Positions 31,360-42,105 are shown, numbered from the stretch's first letter. The stretch is 64,000 bases of DNA from Armatimonadota bacterium (GCA_041690135.1 JAWLHY010000001.1:1472001-1536000), one strand, 5' to 3'. The notes: generated by a model not told the origin, from the sequence alone. Numbers and translations: made by a program.

Positions 31360-31581
31360 CTAGCGGCGTCGCATGAGCCAGAAGGCCAGGTTCAATAACA
31401 CCGTCAATACGAGACTGATCAGGATGCTGGTTGCCAGCGGTACCGAAACTCGCCAGTTCCGGCCGCCGAACTCGAAGTCGCCGGGTAAACGAATACCGGC
31501 CGCGGCTCCTCGTTCGAAGGCCATGAAGAGGAGGCCGGCTACCACCAGGGCCAACCCCATCCCGATCAACACTTTACCCAT
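31360..31581 (-). CDS. DUF2905-like small membrane protein
   Basis: RLPGDF......V.VPLATSILISLVLTVLLNL pattern. Confidence 0.8.
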   Translation of the reverse strand: MGKVLIGMGLALVVAGLLFMAFERGAAAGIRLPGDFEFGGRNWRVSVPLATSILISLVLTVLLNLAFWLMRRR

Positions 31582-31611
31582 CTAACATACCAGAACGTGT
31601 CCGGAGGATTT

Positions 31612-32949
31612 CTACCGGAGCGCGGCGAGTGCCCGGCGACAGGTGGCCGCGCCCTGCTTCGCTTCCTCTTGCCCCGGACCGTTCTGCACAGCAGCCAACT
31701 CGTAGAGTCGCAGTGCCTGTGCCAGGTGCTGCTTGGCCGGGGCCACCTGCCCCTTCCGTAGCCAGTCCAACCCGGTCCGTTGCGCCCGACGAGCGGCGTC
31801 CAGTTCTCCTCCTTGCGGCGTCACGGGGGTGACCCCCGAACTGAACTGCAGGGAGATACCTGTGGGTGTTCCCCGGTTGCCGCCCGGTTGCTGCGCCGGC
31901 GGAGCCTGTAGCGGTTGCGCCGGCGCCGGGGCGGGTTCCTCGCGACGGTTGCCGCCCACCTCTATTTTAATGAACCCGGTTTCGGTCTCCAAAGGTTCCA
32001 CGCGGGGACGGGTATTTGCAGCGGCCGTGGGTGGGGTCACCGGACCGCTCGGAACGGCTCCGGCCTGCGGCAAGGCCGCGCCGGAGCCTGCGGGAGGTTG
32101 GAGGGGCGATTGGGGCTGGTCCACCCCCCCGCTAGCAGCAGATGGCGGTAATGGGACGACTTCGCCGATGGCGGCGGCGGGGAGCCCCTGAATTGGCGGG
32201 CGATTGACCACCGGAGGTAACCCGACGCGCTCGCCCGGCGCTCCCGCCGTGGCTGGGGGGAATGCGGGGCGACGGGGCGCGGCTGGTGTTGGCACCACCA
32301 CCGGGCTCCCTGGTCGGTTGGGGGTGATCGGAATCGGAACCGAGGGCATGGTGCGCGGGGCTGCCACGGCCGTGGTCGCGGGCGCGGGTGCCGGTGTGGG
32401 AGCGGCGGTTACGGCGGTGGACGGCATGATCGGCACCCCGGACGCGCGCGCCTCCGCCGACTCGCCTCCCTGCTGGTTGGAGGCAAGCACAAGGAGTCCG
32501 CCGCCGAAAACAACAGTGGCCACCACGGCGGCTGCGGCGAGTGCCAGCTTCGGAGAAGCTATCCCGGTCCGCCCTGCTCCCGCGGTGTGGCTCAACAGGG
32601 CCTGCATACGCCGCTCATCGGCGGTGCGGCTGGGATCCAACTCAAGCGCCCGGCGCACGTGCTCCACGGCGGCATCGATGCGACCTTGCCGTTCGTAGAC
32701 AACCGCCAGCGCGGAATGTGCCGCCGCGCTTCCGGGTTGGACCGCCAATGCAGCCTGGACCGCGGTTGCCGCTCGCTCCGGTTCACCGGCATCCAGGGCG
32801 GATGCGGCATCGGCGAGCAGGCCGATCACCTGCGGGTCTTCTCCGTCGGTAGCCGCAGGCACTGCCAGGGGAGGCGGCAGTCGGGTGCCGCACTCCCGGC
32901 AGTATTTGTCGTCAGATAGATTGGGGATCGAGCAGGTCGGGCAGGTCAT
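31612..32949 (-). CDS. Zinc-ribbon / TPR membrane protein with Pro-rich extracytoplasmic region
   Basis: CPTC..N....YCRECG; TPR helices (AHSALAVVYERQGRIDAAVEHVRRALELDP); one TM; C-terminal TPR-like helices. Confidence 0.75.
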   Translation of the reverse strand: MTCPTCSIPNLSDDKYCRECGTRLPPPLAVPAATDGEDPQVIGLLADAASALDAGEPERAATAVQAALAVQPGSAAAHSALAVVYERQGRIDAAVEHVRRALELDPSRTADERRMQALLSHTAGAGRTGIASPKLALAAAAVVATVVFGGGLLVLASNQQGGESAEARASGVPIMPSTAVTAAPTPAPAPATTAVAAPRTMPSVPIPITPNRPGSPVVVPTPAAPRRPAFPPATAGAPGERVGLPPVVNRPPIQGLPAAAIGEVVPLPPSAASGGVDQPQSPLQPPAGSGAALPQAGAVPSGPVTPPTAAANTRPRVEPLETETGFIKIEVGGNRREEPAPAPAQPLQAPPAQQPGGNRGTPTGISLQFSSGVTPVTPQGGELDAARRAQRTGLDWLRKGQVAPAKQHLAQALRLYELAAVQNGPGQEEAKQGAATCRRALAALR

Positions 32950-32971
32950 CGGCCACTTCTCCTGCTTCTTC

Positions 32972-32998
32972 GACGTAGCCGGGGCTGGGAGTAGTTCC
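32972..32998 (-). promoter_or_regulatory. Putative ECF-sigma promoter
   Basis: Minus strand GGAAC-N18-CGTCGAA directly before AGGAG RBS and ATG 32949. Confidence 0.5.
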
Positions 32999-33007
32999 CG
33001 AGCCCCG

Positions 33008-33883
33008 TCACGGAATCAGCTTCAGCAGCGGGAATTCGACGAATCCCTCCGCGCCGGCCCGCTTGAGGCGCGGGATCAGGTCGCGTACCGTCTTTTCGGG
33101 AAGGATCGTCTCCACGGCCACCCACTCCTCGTCGGCCAGAGGAGCGATCGTCGGCCGCTTCATCGCCGGGAGGATGCCGATCACCTCATCCAGGACCTCG
33201 CGGGGCACGTTCATCTTGAGCCCAACCATCCCGTCCGCGGCCAGGGCGCCCTTGAGCAGGAGGATGACGTTTTCCATCTTTTCCCGCTTCCACGGGTCCT
33301 CGAAGCTCTCTCTGTTGGCGATCCAGCGGGTGGTACTTTCGAGGAGGGTATCGATGATCCGCAGGCGGTGGGCCCGCAGCGTGCTGCCGGTCTCGGTGCC
33401 CTCCACGATCGCATCGACCAGGTGTGGGACCTTGACCTCGGTGGCTCCCCAACTGAATTCCACTTCCGCGTTGACGCCATGCTTCTGCAGGTAGCGACGG
33501 GTCACGCCGACCAGTTCGGTGGAAATCCGCTTCCCTTCCAGATCGTGGACGGTGTGGATATCGGAGTCTTCGGGCACGGCCAGTACCCAGCGGTAGGGCC
33601 GTGTGGTGGCTTTGGAGTAGACCAGTTCGGCCATATCCACCACTTCGACGTCCGACTCGACCACGTTGTCCCAACCGGTAAGTCCGGCGTCCAGGATGCC
33701 GTTGGCGACGTAGCGGGGAATCTCCTGGGCCCGTAGAAGGGTGGCGTTCAACTCCGGGTCGTCCACCCGCGGGAAGTACGAACGGCTGTCCACCTGGAAG
33801 GTAAACCCGGCTCGCTTGAACAGCGAGAACGTCGATTCCTGAAGGCTCCCTTTCGGGATGCCGATGCGGAGCTCTTTAGAAAT
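33008..33883 (-). CDS. hisG: ATP phosphoribosyltransferase, long form; apparent ATT start
   Basis: [43 protein letters not shown]-terminal regulatory domain; AGGAG 7 nt before ATT. Confidence 0.95.
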   Translation of the reverse strand: MSKELRIGIPKGSLQESTFSLFKRAGFTFQVDSRSYFPRVDDPELNATLLRAQEIPRYVANGILDAGLTGWDNVVESDVEVVDMAELVYSKATTRPYRWVLAVPEDSDIHTVHDLEGKRISTELVGVTRRYLQKHGVNAEVEFSWGATEVKVPHLVDAIVEGTETGSTLRAHRLRIIDTLLESTTRWIANRESFEDPWKREKMENVILLLKGALAADGMVGLKMNVPREVLDEVIGILPAMKRPTIAPLADEEWVAVETILPEKTVRDLIPRLKRAGAEGFVEFPLLKLIP

Positions 33884-33887
33884 GGTA

Positions 33888-35069
33888 CTACTCCTGAAGG
33901 CCCGCCGCCGCTTCGGCGATCCGGTCGAGACCCTTGCGGATCGCCTCCATGCTGGTGGCATAGGATAGACGAATGTTCTGCGGCACTCCGAACCCACTGC
34001 CCGGCACCACGGCCACATTTGCCTGCGTGAGGAAGTACTCGGTGAGTGCGTCACCATCGGGGTAGCGGTTGTTGGTGAGCCCGCTGATGTTGGGCAGGAC
34101 ATAGAAAGCACCGTCGGGCCGGGCGCACTGCACGCCGGGGATGGCATTCAGCCGATCGACGATGTAGTCGCGCCGTTCCTGGAAGGCGGCGCGCATCTGC
34201 CCGACGCACTCCTGGGATCCCCGCAGGGCGGCGACGGCGCCCCACTGGGCGAACGTGGTGGGATTACTGGTGCTCTGATCCTGGATGCGTCCCATCGCGG
34301 CAACGATCTCCGCATCTCCGGCGAGCCAGCCGAGGCGCCATCCCGTCATCGAATAGGCTTTGGAGAAGCCGTTGACCACGAGGGTCCGCTTCTGGATCTC
34401 CGGCCCGAATGAGGCGATGCTTACGTGGCGCCCGCTGTAAGTGAGGTGCTCGTAGATCTCGTCGCTCAGGACCAGCAGGTTCTTTTCGACGGCCAACTCG
34501 GCGATCTTCCGCAGTTCCTCCTCGCTGATGACGGCGCCGGAAGGATTGCTGGGCGAGTTGATCACGATCATTTTGGTGCGCGGGGTTATCGCCGCGGCGA
34601 TCGTTTCCGCGGTCACCCGGAAGCCGTTTTCTTCCGGCGCATCGACGAACACCGGCACGCCGTCGGCCAGCTTCACCTGCTCCGGATAGCTCACCCAGTA
34701 GGGCACGGGAACGATCACTTCGTCGCCGGGATCGAGCACCGCCTGGAACAGGTTGTAGATGCTGTGCTTGGCGCCCAGGGAAACAATGACCTGGCTGGGC
34801 TGATACTTCAGACCGTTCTCGCGCTCCAGCTTTTCGCAAACCGCTTCCCGCAGTGGCGGAATGCCCGCGGAAGGAGTGTACTTGGTCTGCCCCTTCTGCA
34901 GAGCCTCGATGGCCGCCGCCTTGATGTGCTCGGGGGTGTCGAAATCGGGCTCACCGGCCGCGAAGCCGATCACGTCCACGCCCTGGGCCTTGAGCGCATT
35001 CGCCTTTGCCGTAATGCCCAGGGTCGGCGAAGGGGCCGCATTTCGCGCCCGTTCGGAAATCCATGCCAT
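33888..35069 (-). CDS. PLP-dependent aminotransferase class I/II (aspartate aminotransferase-like)
   Basis: [35 protein letters not shown]. Confidence 0.93.
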   Translation of the reverse strand: MAWISERARNAAPSPTLGITAKANALKAQGVDVIGFAAGEPDFDTPEHIKAAAIEALQKGQTKYTPSAGIPPLREAVCEKLERENGLKYQPSQVIVSLGAKHSIYNLFQAVLDPGDEVIVPVPYWVSYPEQVKLADGVPVFVDAPEENGFRVTAETIAAAITPRTKMIVINSPSNPSGAVISEEELRKIAELAVEKNLLVLSDEIYEHLTYSGRHVSIASFGPEIQKRTLVVNGFSKAYSMTGWRLGWLAGDAEIVAAMGRIQDQSTSNPTTFAQWGAVAALRGSQECVGQMRAAFQERRDYIVDRLNAIPGVQCARPDGAFYVLPNISGLTNNRYPDGDALTEYFLTQANVAVVPGSGFGVPQNIRLSYATSMEAIRKGLDRIAEAAAGLQE

Positions 35070-35085
35070 TGATCCGTCTCCCGTC

Positions 35086-36333
35086 TTACTCTTCAAACCG
35101 CTTCAGCACCAGGGTCGCGTTGTGCCCGCCGAACCCGAAGCTGTTGGACATCACCACGTCGGCGCGTAGCTCGCGCTTGCCTGCCGACACGTAGTCGAGG
35201 TCGCAATCCGGGTCCGGGTTCTCCAGGTTGATCGTCGGCGGCACCACGCCGTCCCGAATCGCCTGCACGCAGAACATCGCCTCGATCCCGCCGGCCGCCC
35301 CCAGCAGGTGCCCGGTCATGGACTTGGTGCTGCTCATGGGGGTCCGGTAGGCGTGCTCTCCCAGCACTGCCTTTACCGCTGCCGTTTCATTCTTGTCGTT
35401 CGCGGGGGTGGAGGTGCCGTGCGCATTGATGTAGTCCACCTGCTCCGGTCGCACGCCGGCATCCTGCAGGGCATTCGTCATCGCTCGGACCGCTCCGGCC
35501 CCTTCCGGCGCGGGCTGCGTCATGTGGTAGGCGTCGCCGCTCATACCGTAACCCGCGACTTCCGCGAGGATTCGCGCGCCGCGCCGCCGGGCAAATTCCA
35601 GTTCTTCCAGCACCAGGACCGCGGAGCCCTCGCCGATGATAAACCCGTCTCGCAGCGCATCGAATGGCCGGCTAGCCGCCGTCGGTTGGTCGTTGTAGCG
35701 GGTGGAAAGCGCCCGGCAAGCGGCAAACCCGCCCACCCCCATCGGGGTGATGGCGGCTTCCGCCCCGCCCGCCAGCATCGCGTCGGCGTCACCTCGGCGA
35801 ATGATCATCGCAGCGTCGCCGATCGCGTTGGTCCCCGTGGCGCAGGCGGTGACCACGCAACTGTTGGGGCCGCCGAAACCAAACCGGATGGAGACCTGGC
35901 CGCTCGCCATATCGCAGATCATCATCGGGATGAAGAAGGGGCTCATGCGGTCGAAGCCCTTCTCCGTCGCGTTGCGGATCTCGCGCTCCAGGGTCTCGAT
36001 GCCTCCGATGCCGGAACCGATCATGACCCCCACGCGGGTGCGGAGTTCGGCCGGCACTTCGAGACGCGCGTCATCGACGGCCTGCTGGGCGGCCGCTATC
36101 GCGAACTGCGTGAACCGGTCCATCTTCCGCGCTTCTTTGCGCTCGAGGTGCTTGAGCGGATCGAAGCCCTTCACCTCCGCCCCGATTCGCACCGGCAGCC
36201 CGGCGGTATCGAATAGGGTGAGCGGCGCCACGCCCGACTGGCCCGCGAGGACAGCCTGCCAGCTCTCTTCCGCGGTCAGTCCCACCGGGCTCACACAGCC
36301 CAGACCTGTGATTACTACGCGTCTCCTGGACAT
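35086..36333 (-). CDS. fabF: 3-oxoacyl-ACP synthase II
   Basis: TACATG, INAHGTST, STKSMTGHLLGAAG, SNSFGFGGHN. Confidence 0.97.
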   Translation of the reverse strand: MSRRRVVITGLGCVSPVGLTAEESWQAVLAGQSGVAPLTLFDTAGLPVRIGAEVKGFDPLKHLERKEARKMDRFTQFAIAAAQQAVDDARLEVPAELRTRVGVMIGSGIGGIETLEREIRNATEKGFDRMSPFFIPMMICDMASGQVSIRFGFGGPNSCVVTACATGTNAIGDAAMIIRRGDADAMLAGGAEAAITPMGVGGFAACRALSTRYNDQPTAASRPFDALRDGFIIGEGSAVLVLEELEFARRRGARILAEVAGYGMSGDAYHMTQPAPEGAGAVRAMTNALQDAGVRPEQVDYINAHGTSTPANDKNETAAVKAVLGEHAYRTPMSSTKSMTGHLLGAAGGIEAMFCVQAIRDGVVPPTINLENPDPDCDLDYVSAGKRELRADVVMSNSFGFGGHNATLVLKRFEE

Positions 36334-36357
36334 AAGTTGCTTGTTCTGTTACTCAGA

Positions 36358-36399
36358 CCCCCTCTTCCCGCGAACGAAAGCGTCGGTCGGAAGAGGGGG
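36358..36399 (-). terminator. Hairpin downstream of acpP
   Basis: cccctcttcc ... ggaagagggg inverted repeat in the acpP-fabF spacer; no strong U tract. Confidence 0.45.
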
Positions 36400-36421
36400 A
36401 TGAATTGGACGGGAAACGGTC

Positions 36422-36658
36422 TCAGGCCTTGGTCTTATCTTCGAGGTAAGCTACTGCCTGCTGGACGTTGGAGATCTTCTCCGCGTCTTCGTCGGGGATC
36501 TCGATATCGAACTCTTCCTCGAACGCCATGGTCAGTTCCACCATGTCCAGCGAGTCGGCGCCCAGGTCTTCGACGAAGGATGCCTCGGGTGTAACTTCGT
36601 CCGGGTTGACGTCCAACTGCTCCGCGACGACCTTCTTGACTCGATCAAACGTCGACAC
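36422..36658 (-). CDS. acpP: Acyl carrier protein
   Basis: DLGADSLD phosphopantetheine site; GTG start after GGAGG RBS. Confidence 0.97.
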   Translation of the reverse strand: MSTFDRVKKVVAEQLDVNPDEVTPEASFVEDLGADSLDMVELTMAFEEEFDIEIPDEDAEKISNVQQAVAYLEDKTKA

Positions 36659-36778
36659 TTTCTTCCTCCAGTAACGGGTATGTGGGTTGCCCGCGCGGGC
36701 ACCGCTTTGGGTTTTGGGGAGCCACCGCTCCGTTAACGTGTCCGCCCGCACCCGGACGAACGAAACTTTATCGCGCTA

Positions 36779-37555
36779 TCAGCCGATAAGGCCGCCATCG
36801 ACTACCAGAACCTGGCCGGTCATGTAGGCGGCGGCCGGTGAACAGAGAAATGCCACCACTCCGGCGATGTCTTCCGGCTCGCCCAGCCGGCCCAGCGCAA
36901 TCTGCTTCAGGGTCTGGGCGGCAAACTCTTCGGGGAGTTTCTCCGTCATCTGGGTGCGAACCCACCCGGGAGCCACGGCGTTGCAGGTGATGCCGCGCGA
37001 GCCGACCTCCCGCGCGATCGACTTGGTGAACCCGATCATGCCGGCCTTCGAGGCGGCGTAGTTGGCCTGCCCCGGATTCCCGGTGATGCCCATGATCGAA
37101 GTCACGTTGATCACGCGCCCACTCCGCTGGCGCACCATCCGTTTGATGGCGGCCCGCGTGCAGTTGAAAGTCCCCTTCAGGTTCACGTCCAGAACGGCGT
37201 CCCAGTCCTCTTCGGACATGCGCATCAGCAGACCGTCGCGGGTGATGCCCGCGTTGTTGACCAGGATATCGATCCGGCCCAACTCCTCCACGACGGCTGC
37301 GACCAGTTGCTCTGCCTGCTCCGTGGAGGCGACGTCGCACTGTCGGGCGAGGGCCTTCCGGCCGAGACCGCGGATTTCCGCCGCCACGGCTTCCGCCGCG
37401 GTCACGTCGCGGCTGACCGCTACCGCCACGTCGGCACCGCCGCGGGCCAGTTCCCGCGCGATGGCCTGGCCGATGCCGCGCCCGCCGCCGGTGACCAGCG
37501 CTACCTTACCTTCAAGACCTTCAAGACCTTTGAGACCTTCAAGTCCAAGACTCAT
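36779..37555 (-). CDS. fabG: 3-oxoacyl-ACP reductase
   Basis: [31 protein letters not shown]. Confidence 0.96.
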   Translation of the reverse strand: MSLGLEGLKGLEGLEGKVALVTGGGRGIGQAIARELARGGADVAVAVSRDVTAAEAVAAEIRGLGRKALARQCDVASTEQAEQLVAAVVEELGRIDILVNNAGITRDGLLMRMSEEDWDAVLDVNLKGTFNCTRAAIKRMVRQRSGRVINVTSIMGITGNPGQANYAASKAGMIGFTKSIAREVGSRGITCNAVAPGWVRTQMTEKLPEEFAAQTLKQIALGRLGEPEDIAGVVAFLCSPAAAYMTGQVLVVDGGLIG

Positions 37556-38556
37556 CTACCTGTCCACTTCACAATGCATGAGGCCCAGGTGAGACCCGCG
37601 CCGAAACCAACCAGCGCCAGCAGGTCTCCCGGGCGCACTTTGCCCTCCGCACGGGCCTCGTCGAGTGCGATCGGAATCGAGGCGGCGGAGGTGTTCCCAT
37701 ACCGCTCGACGTTGCTGTAAACCCGTCCCGTATCGAGCCCCAGGCGTTTGGCCGCAGCCTCTAGAATTCGGTTGTTCGCCTGGTGGGGCACCATCAAGTC
37801 CAGGTCCGAGACCGCGAGGCCCGCCCGGCCGAGGGCGCGCAAGGTGCTCTCTTCCACTGCTTTGACCGCGAACTTGAACACTTCGCCGCCCGCCATGCGG
37901 ATGCTGTTGATCTGTTCCGCGTCCGATCCGGTGGTCAGTGGATGGCCGTGGCCCCCCGGCACCACGGAGAGCATTTCCGCTCCCCCACCGTCGGAGCCCA
38001 GGTCAAATGAAAGGAAGCCCTCTTCCTCTCCCACCCGACCCAGGACCGCGGCTCCGGCGCCGTCCCCGAACAAAACGCAGGTGGCCCGGTCTTGCCAGTT
38101 GGTGATGCGGGACAGGGTCTCCGCCCCGATGACGAGAACATGGCGATAGAGGCCCGTCTGGATGAACTGCGCGCCCACGGCCAGCGCGTAGATAAAACCG
38201 GAGCATCCCGCCGCCAGGTCGAAGGCCGCGGCGCGGGTGGCACCCAGGCGGTGCTGCACCACCGACGAGACCGCCGGGAAAGGCTGGTCGCCGGTCACCG
38301 TGGCCACGATGACCAGGTCGATCTCGGCGGGCTCCAGGGCAGCGTCTCGCAGGGCAGCCTGGGCCGCGCCGAGGGCGAGGTCGGCGGTGGATTCTTCCGG
38401 GCCGGCGATCCGGCGCTGGCGAATTCCGGTACGAGTGACGATCCATTCGTCACTCGTTTCCACGATCTCTTCGAGGTGGCGGTTGGTGAGGACGCGCTCG
38501 GGGACGTAACTGCCTAACCCAAGGATCCCGGCGGGAACGACCCCAGTGCCCCCCAC
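37552..38556 (-). CDS. fabH: 3-oxoacyl-ACP synthase III (start uncertain)
   Basis: [37 protein letters not shown]. Confidence 0.95.
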   Translation of the reverse strand: MGGTGVVPAGILGLGSYVPERVLTNRHLEEIVETSDEWIVTRTGIRQRRIAGPEESTADLALGAAQAALRDAALEPAEIDLVIVATVTGDQPFPAVSSVVQHRLGATRAAAFDLAAGCSGFIYALAVGAQFIQTGLYRHVLVIGAETLSRITNWQDRATCVLFGDGAGAAVLGRVGEEEGFLSFDLGSDGGGAEMLSVVPGGHGHPLTTGSDAEQINSIRMAGGEVFKFAVKAVEESTLRALGRAGLAVSDLDLMVPHQANNRILEAAAKRLGLDTGRVYSNVERYGNTSAASIPIALDEARAEGKVRPGDLLALVGFGAGLTWASCIVKWTGR

Positions 38557-38572
38557 CCCACCGGGCCATGGG

Positions 38573-39559
38573 TCAGAGAGCAACCTGGTCGCGGATCTTG
38601 TCAATGATTCCATGCCTGACGGCCTCTCCGGCGGTACGGATTGCGTTGGTGACTGCGTTGGGGTTGGAGCGTCCGTGGCCAATGATGCAGATCCCATTGA
38701 CCCCGAGGAGCAACGCCCCCCCACGCTCTCCATAGTCGGTCCGACGCTTGATGCGAGTGAAGGCGGGTTTAAGCATTGCAGCGGGGACGCGGAGGAGGGG
38801 GTGGGTCTGAATTTCCTTGCGGATGGCGTGGAGGACCAGTTCGGCAACGCCTTCGCCCACTTTCAGGATCACGTTGCCCGTGAACCCGTCGCAGACGGCG
38901 ACATCGCAGTTGCCGTTGAAGAGGTCGCGCCCTTCGACGTTACCGATGAAGTTTACCGGTGCCGACCGGAGAAGGGTCAGGGCTTCGCGTGCCAGCTCGT
39001 TCCCTTTGCAGTCCTCTTCTCCGATGTTGACCAGGCCGACCCGCGGCCTGGCCATACCCAGCACTTCCTGCGCGTAGACACTGCCCATCACGGCATACTG
39101 CACCAGGCAGTGCGCGCCCACGTCAACGTTGGCGCCGGCATCGAGGAGGATGGTGTGCCCATCCTGATTGGGGAGAGGGAGCGCCAGGGCCGGTCGATCT
39201 ATCCCGGGAATCCGTCCCAATTTGAACAGGCTAACGGCCATGCACGCCCCGGTGTTGCCGGCGGAGAACATGGCGCTGGCCTGACCCTCTTTCACCAGTT
39301 CGGCGCACACCACCAGGGAAGCGCCCTTCTTGCGGCGAACGGCCTGCGCCGGCTGGTCGTGCATTTCCACGACGTCCGGCGCGTCGACGATCTCGATGCG
39401 GGTACCCTCGGTACCGAACCGCTGGAGTAGCGGTTCGACTTCCGATTTGCGGCCTACCAGGAGAAGCTCAAGACCGTACCTGCGGGAAGCATTAACGGCA
39501 CCTTCCACGACCGCCGTGGGCGCGAAATCGCCGCCCATCGCGTCTACGGCGATCTTCAC
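38573..39559 (-). CDS. plsX: Phosphate acyltransferase
   Basis: IAVDAMGGDFAP, SAGNTGA, LDAGAN, CDGFTGN, HGRS. Confidence 0.97.
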   Translation of the reverse strand: MKIAVDAMGGDFAPTAVVEGAVNASRRYGLELLLVGRKSEVEPLLQRFGTEGTRIEIVDAPDVVEMHDQPAQAVRRKKGASLVVCAELVKEGQASAMFSAGNTGACMAVSLFKLGRIPGIDRPALALPLPNQDGHTILLDAGANVDVGAHCLVQYAVMGSVYAQEVLGMARPRVGLVNIGEEDCKGNELAREALTLLRSAPVNFIGNVEGRDLFNGNCDVAVCDGFTGNVILKVGEGVAELVLHAIRKEIQTHPLLRVPAAMLKPAFTRIKRRTDYGERGGALLLGVNGICIIGHGRSNPNAVTNAIRTAGEAVRHGIIDKIRDQVAL

Positions 39560-39562
39560 AGG

Positions 39563-39799
39563 TTACTCCTGCGGAGCTTCCTCGGAGCCGGTCTGCCCCG
39601 CCGATCCACCCCGCTCGCGAGCGCGAACATCGATGACCATGCGGTTCCCGTAGAAGCCGCAGTTCGGACACACGTGATGCGACAGCTTGGGGCCGTGGCA
39701 CCGCGGGCAGGGCGTGACGTTCGGAACGTCCAATTTCCAGTTCGCCGCACGGCGCTGCGTGGTCCGGGCGTGCGATGTTTTTCGCTTAGGTAAAGGCAT
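39563..39799 (-). CDS. rpmF: 50S ribosomal protein L32
   Basis: MPLPKRKTSHART..RR, CPRC...HHVCPNCGFY. Confidence 0.97.
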   Translation of the reverse strand: MPLPKRKTSHARTTQRRAANWKLDVPNVTPCPRCHGPKLSHHVCPNCGFYGNRMVIDVRARERGGSAGQTGSEEAPQE

Positions 39800-40011
39800 C
39801 GGGAACCAACCTCACATCTCTTCACGCCCCCGGGGACAGGTCCGCTCCAGGGACGAGGCTATCGGTCTTGAACAGCCCGGCCCACGTTCGGCCAGGCAAA
39901 CCGGTGTATTGTATCAGGCAAGTCGTAACCTGGGAATAGGGGAAAGCATTGGGCGTCGGGAAGTAGGAGCGCAGACGTCTCGTCCGCCAGGGGCATCCGG
40001 TCGGGCGGACA

Positions 40012-40061
40012 GGTGTTCGGGTGTTCGGTGTTCAGGCATTCGGGCGTTCGGCATTCAGGCG
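40012..40061. repeat. Degenerate 7-8-nt tandem repeat (gtgttcgg / gcattcagg)
   Basis: ggtgttcgggtgttcggtgttcaggcattcgggcgttcggcattcaggcg; related units at 44177-44248, 46506-46545 and 47881-47915. Confidence 0.75.
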
Positions 40062-40117
40062 CTGGGCCTACCCCTCGGGTTGGAAACGTTGCATGTTCGG
40101 GCGGCCAGGCACCGCCT

Positions 40118-40247
40118 ACGATCGTCATTGCGAGGAGCGATAGACCAGAACCAACTTCTCAGTCGCGATGAACTTCCATCGAAGCGGCCAGCTACCTGAA
40201 CTAGTAGGGTAAGCGACGCGGCAAGCCCCCAGGTCAGGGCAGCCGTC
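40118..40247 (+). repeat. ~130-bp intergenic repeat, copy A
   Basis: gtcattgcgaggagcgatagacc...aagcgacgcggcaagccccc; aligns to the reverse complement of 46619-46751. Confidence 0.8.
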
Positions 40248-40298
40248 CTTACATGTCAACGTAGGTGAGAGCCTCCGATCCAGGAGACGCATGTTGAA

Positions 40299-41075
40299 TT
40301 GGTGAATGTAACTACCGTGAACCCACTTTGGAGACATTCCGAGCGACCTGCCATTGGTGTTTATGTTGGCAGATGGTGTTTGCTGACGGCGATAGCACTC
40401 GCGGTGCATGGTGTGGCTTACTTTGTGTTTGGTTACCGACCGGTAACCGGATGGGGTCTCGTTTTCGTCCAGGCGGTCAATCTCTCCACCTTTCTCACGG
40501 TTTGGCCTGCTTGGATCGAAGGCCGGATACGACGAAATGCTCCGCGGTTCACGTCCGGTGACTGTCCAGAGATCGAGATTCGCCATCGCGAATCGGGAGA
40601 AATCTTACTGACGGTGGGCGAAGAAGAACTGAGCGGGGTCGATCTGCGCGGGGCAAAGCTGGCCAGAGCGAACCTCGTCGGGGTGGATCTCAGCGAGGCG
40701 AAACTCCAGGGTGCCAACCTCGATAGTGCCCTGCTGATCCACTGTGATCTGGACGATGCGAACCTTCGCGATGCCATCCTGAAGGATGCCAGCCTGTATT
40801 CCTCTCACCTGTCCGGGGCCGACCTGCGCGGTACCGATTTGCGTGGGGCCAACCTGACCCACGCGAACTTGACCGGTGCCCTTTATGATGAACGTACCTG
40901 GTGGCCCAGGGGCTTTCATCCCGAGAAACGGGGTTGCATTCGTGTGGATGCCGCCGAAGATCCATCCATCGAATCCTCAACCCAGACGGTCGTCGAGCGG
41001 CCAACCGGTATGCTGGGCGAGGAAGCGACCGAGTGTGCGGAGGTCGTCGTATTGCGAGGAGGCCAGTTGCCGTGA
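40299..41075 (+). CDS. Pentapeptide-repeat protein with two N-terminal TM segments (start uncertain)
   Basis: A(D/N)Lxx repeats, IEIRHRESG pre-repeat motif, YDERTWWP cap. Confidence 0.8.
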   Translation: MVNVTTVNPLWRHSERPAIGVYVGRWCLLTAIALAVHGVAYFVFGYRPVTGWGLVFVQAVNLSTFLTVWPAWIEGRIRRNAPRFTSGDCPEIEIRHRESGEILLTVGEEELSGVDLRGAKLARANLVGVDLSEAKLQGANLDSALLIHCDLDDANLRDAILKDASLYSSHLSGADLRGTDLRGANLTHANLTGALYDERTWWPRGFHPEKRGCIRVDAAEDPSIESSTQTVVERPTGMLGEEATECAEVVVLRGGQLP

Positions 41076-41963
41076 ATGGCCTCGTTCCGTTACCCACAGG
41101 TAGCATGGATCGGTGCGGGCGTTTTTGCCCGCCTCTGAAGCAAGAGCGATTCCCGCACCTACGAAGCGCCGACGCGAACGCAACCCCAGAAAACTTCGGC
41201 TCACGCCAAGCGCATTTTCCGAGATTTCCCACGCTTCTTCTTGAAAGCCCCACCGCGCAAGCCAGACTACCGGGCACAGGAGCAGCGGGAGACCCACCAC
41301 GGCCAGCACCGGTATGCGTTGCCTCCAGGCCAGCAGGAGGAGGAAGAGACCGCATACTGCCGGAAGAACAGTCAGCCACCAGGTATGGCGGCAGAGCAAG
41401 CCCAGGGGATAACGAACGCGGCTGATCCGCAAGATTCCTTCCGGGGAAAGTTCATCCACCCGCCAGTTCTCTGGCGGCCGGCCGGCATTCGTACGTTCTT
41501 CCACAAAGTCTTCCGGTGCTAATACTGGGGCGCCAAATCGCCGCGCCAGCGCCACGGCGTCCCCCGGCCGGCAGACTGCTTCGACCCGCTGGTCGCGCCG
41601 TTGCACCACGAGGGTCGCTCCGACCACGATTCGGGATAGGGGGTAGAGTCGGGCTTCGACCACCCTTCCGCCAAGCTGATTGAGCAGGCTGGCTAGCAAA
41701 TCTTGGGTCGCATACAGTGGCGAATAGGCGTGTTGCAGCACGCTCTGGATACCCGGAACCTCATCAGCGGAAAGCCAGATGGGGAAGGTACGACCCTTCG
41801 CATCCTGGAGGTCCACGAAGCAGGCACCGCTCTCATACTGAAAACAGTCGCCGGCCTTCAGGACCACCACCGGAGAGTCACCCCACGCGATTCGCGGAGG
41901 GGTGACAGGCGTTTCCGGGCCCGCATTTGCCAGGGTAAGCGTTTCGTCGGTTGCCCGCAACAC
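40977..41963 (-). CDS. Degenerate DUF151 (bifunctional-nuclease-like) domain fused to a membrane-anchored C-terminal domain
   Basis: FPIWLS..E, TQDLLASLL, CRPGDAVALARRFGAPV resemble DUF151 LPIWIG/THDLL/RPSDAIALA; two TM segments follow. Confidence 0.6.
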   Translation of the reverse strand: MLRATDETLTLANAGPETPVTPPRIAWGDSPVVVLKAGDCFQYESGACFVDLQDAKGRTFPIWLSADEVPGIQSVLQHAYSPLYATQDLLASLLNQLGGRVVEARLYPLSRIVVGATLVVQRRDQRVEAVCRPGDAVALARRFGAPVLAPEDFVEERTNAGRPPENWRVDELSPEGILRISRVRYPLGLLCRHTWWLTVLPAVCGLFLLLLAWRQRIPVLAVVGLPLLLCPVVWLARWGFQEEAWEISENALGVSRSFLGLRSRRRFVGAGIALASEAGKNARTDPCYLWVTERGHSRQLASSQYDDLRTLGRFLAQHTGWPLDDRLG

Positions 41964-42105
41964 AATAGATTCCTGTAGAGTTGGAGAAGGGTGGTTCCCA
42001 GCGGAACACGAAAGGTCTCATCCCTACCGGTGTCGGTCTGTGATGAACCCCATTTCCTTGCAATTGCCGGAATCGTCTGGGCTTTCCTGCGAGTACCACA
42101 AGTCT

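Noticed and set aside
33884-34147. 88-aa N-terminal extension of HisG in the ORF track
   Set aside because: Lies within the aminotransferase gene in another frame and is not protein-like
40012-40061. Possible CRISPR array
   Set aside because: Units are 7-8 nt with no unique spacers, and there are no cas genes in the window
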